From assembly GCA_024276395.1 (NCBI GenBank), contig JAJRXH010000099.1:1-16922 (forward strand): 16,922 nt of DNA. The letters run 5' to 3'. Below the pieces are notes generated by a model. The model was not told the origin of the DNA and ran no database searches. It saw only the letters and a program-made list of their open reading frames with translations. Below are positions 15,507 through 16,922 of the stretch, one piece after another; the stretch's first letter is position 1; every line of letters begins with the position of its first letter. The translations under genes and the position numbers were made by a program. The stretch comes from an archaeon (GTDB lineage: Archaea; Asgardarchaeota; Heimdallarchaeia; Hodarchaeales; S146-22).

Positions 15507-16922
15507 TCACGAAACCCACTTCATAGCTCGTCTCACGGCATCTTCCCACCTTTTTAGAAGTCTCATCCTAGTTTCCATCTCAATAGCTGGAATGAAAACC
15601 TTATCTAATTCCCATGCTACTTGTAATTCTTTTTTATCCTTCCAAAATCGAGAAGATAAGCCAGCCAAGAAGGCTGCACCCAAAGCAGTGGTTTCTTGAT
15701 TCCTTGGACGCTCACATCTCACGCCTAGAAGATCTGATTGAAACTGCATCAATAAATCATTACGAGAGGCTCCGCCATCAACACGTAACGCTGCAATGGT
15801 CTTACCGCTATCTTGAATCATTGCCTTGAAGACATCATAACAAGAAAAAGCAATGGATTCAAGAGCAGCCCGTGCTAAGTGATGCTTGTTGCTTGCCCTA
15901 GTTAAACCAATGATGAGTCCTCTTGCAGTTTCATCCCAATAAGGCGCAAAAAGTCCAGTGAAAGCAGGCACGAAATAGACACCACCATTATCTGGAACCT
16001 GTCGTGCTAACGTTTCAATTTCCGAGGAAGTTGAGATGATTCCCAATTGATCACGTAGCCACTGCACCACTGCTCCAGCAATGGCCACACTTCCCTCGAG
16101 AGCATAATAAGCAGGCTCTCCTTTCAGTTGATAGGCAACAGTCGTTAATAATCCATGATTCGAACTGACCGGAGTCTTCCCTACATTTTCAAGGAGAAAG
16201 GCACCTGTGCCATAAGTTGCCTTTGCCATCCCTTCTTCAAAGCACAACTGTCCGACCAAAGCTCCTTGTTGATCACCGATAACCGCTGTAATGGGAATTT
16301 CAACATCTTCTTCACTTGACATGTTCAGCAGACCTGTCTTTATCGTTCCATATTCATTTGAATCACTACTTGGAACGATTCGCGGTAATATGTCCTCTGG
16401 AATGTTAAAGAGTGTCAATAATTCTTCGCTCCAGGTTAGGGAACGGAGATCCATCAGCATCATTCGAGAAGCGTTAGTTACATCAGTCACGTGCGTGCCA
16501 CCAGTCAAGTTCCACACAAGCCAACTATCCACCGTGCCCACCTTCAAGGATCCTCTTTCTAGCGTTTTTTTCACGGCACTAGAATTGTCAAGAAGCCAAC
16601 GAATCTTCAAGGCAGAGAAATAGGTAGATACAGGCAACCCCGTGATTTTTCTAATGGTATCCTCATTCATCTTGAATTGTCTTACTAAATCCGCAGTTCT
16701 CAAATCTTGCCACACGATAGCATTATGAAGTGGTCTCCCAGTCCGTTCATCCCACGCTATCGTGGTTTCACGTTGGTTAGTCACACCAATGGCAACAATA
16801 TCACGCAAAGAAACACTTGCCTGATGCATTGCTTCTTTAATTACCTGAACCGTCTTATTTAACATTTCTAATGGATCATGCTCAACCCATCCTGGATGAG
16901 GAAAAATCTGTTGATGCTCTTG
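15507..16922 (-). CDS. glpK: Glycerol kinase (FGGY family), 5' end truncated by the right window edge
   Basis: 'VAIGVTNQRETTIAWDERTGRPLHNAIVWQD', 'DSWLVWNLTGG', 'GDQQGALVGQLCFEEGMAKATYGTGAFLL', 'ALEGSVAIAGAVVQWLRD', 'FTGLFAPYWDETARG', 'LRVDGGASRNDLLMQFQ'. The frame stays open past the track ATG (16865) to the edge as 'QEHQQIFPHPGWVEHDPLEM', a normal GlpK N-terminal region. Confidence 0.96.
   Translation of the reverse strand, partial: QEHQQIFPHPGWVEHDPLEMLNKTVQVIKEAMHQASVSLRDIVAIGVTNQRETTIAWDERTGRPLHNAIVWQDLRTADLVRQFKMNEDTIRKITGLPVSTYFSALKIRWLLDNSSAVKKTLERGSLKVGTVDSWLVWNLTGGTHVTDVTNASRMMLMDLRSLTWSEELLTLFNIPEDILPRIVPSSDSNEYGTIKTGLLNMSSEEDVEIPITAVIGDQQGALVGQLCFEEGMAKATYGTGAFLLENVGKTPVSSNHGLLTTVAYQLKGEPAYYALEGSVAIAGAVVQWLRDQLGIISTSSEIETLARQVPDNGGVYFVPAFTGLFAPYWDETARGLIIGLTRASNKHHLARAALESIAFSCYDVFKAMIQDSGKTIAALRVDGGASRNDLLMQFQSDLLGVRCERPRNQETTALGAAFLAGLSSRFWKDKKELQVAWELDKVFIPAIEMETRMRLLKRWEDAVRRAMKWVS

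Noticed and set aside
15507-16865. Accepting ATG 16865 as the glycerol kinase start
   Set aside because: The frame remains open to the window edge and encodes the conserved-looking 'HPGWVEHDP' region of GlpK, so the gene is simply truncated.
12972-16922. Defence-system reading of the PP2C/GTPase cluster
   Set aside because: No nuclease, kinase, ATPase, reverse transcriptase, integrase or other defence hallmark is present; neighbours are housekeeping and metabolic genes. A cellular signalling role is more plausible.

Overview
The window is about 17 kb of compact, protein-coding archaeal-type DNA. Rab/Ras-like GTPases, TATA-box-like promoters, an archaeal-looking HisRS and a mix of leaderless and Shine-Dalgarno starts suggest an Asgard-type archaeon; that assignment is inference. 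From left to right it contains: a T-rich region with two ~53-bp direct repeats 161 bp apart (1-214); hisS (-); a 1327-aa protein with no domain I recognise (+), whose stop codon directly abuts the GTG start of a 441-aa GTPase with two large insertions (+); a 94-aa Cys-motif protein (-); a calcineurin-like metallophosphoesterase (+); a double zinc-ribbon protein (-); a flotillin/SPFH protein and an NfeD/YuaF-like protein (-); an MFS transporter with a PhoU/DUF47-like helical C-terminal extension (+); a PP2C-like / Rab-like GTPase / PP2C-like cluster (-), in which the first two genes overlap by ATGA; and a glycerol kinase gene (-) cut off by the right edge. The best candidates for an undescribed system are (a) the 1327-aa protein with its enlarged GTPase, which carries a DLGGQ switch II and a helical-domain-sized insertion before switch I, and (b) the PP2C-Rab-PP2C cassette. 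I saw no CRISPR array, transposase, rRNA or tRNA.
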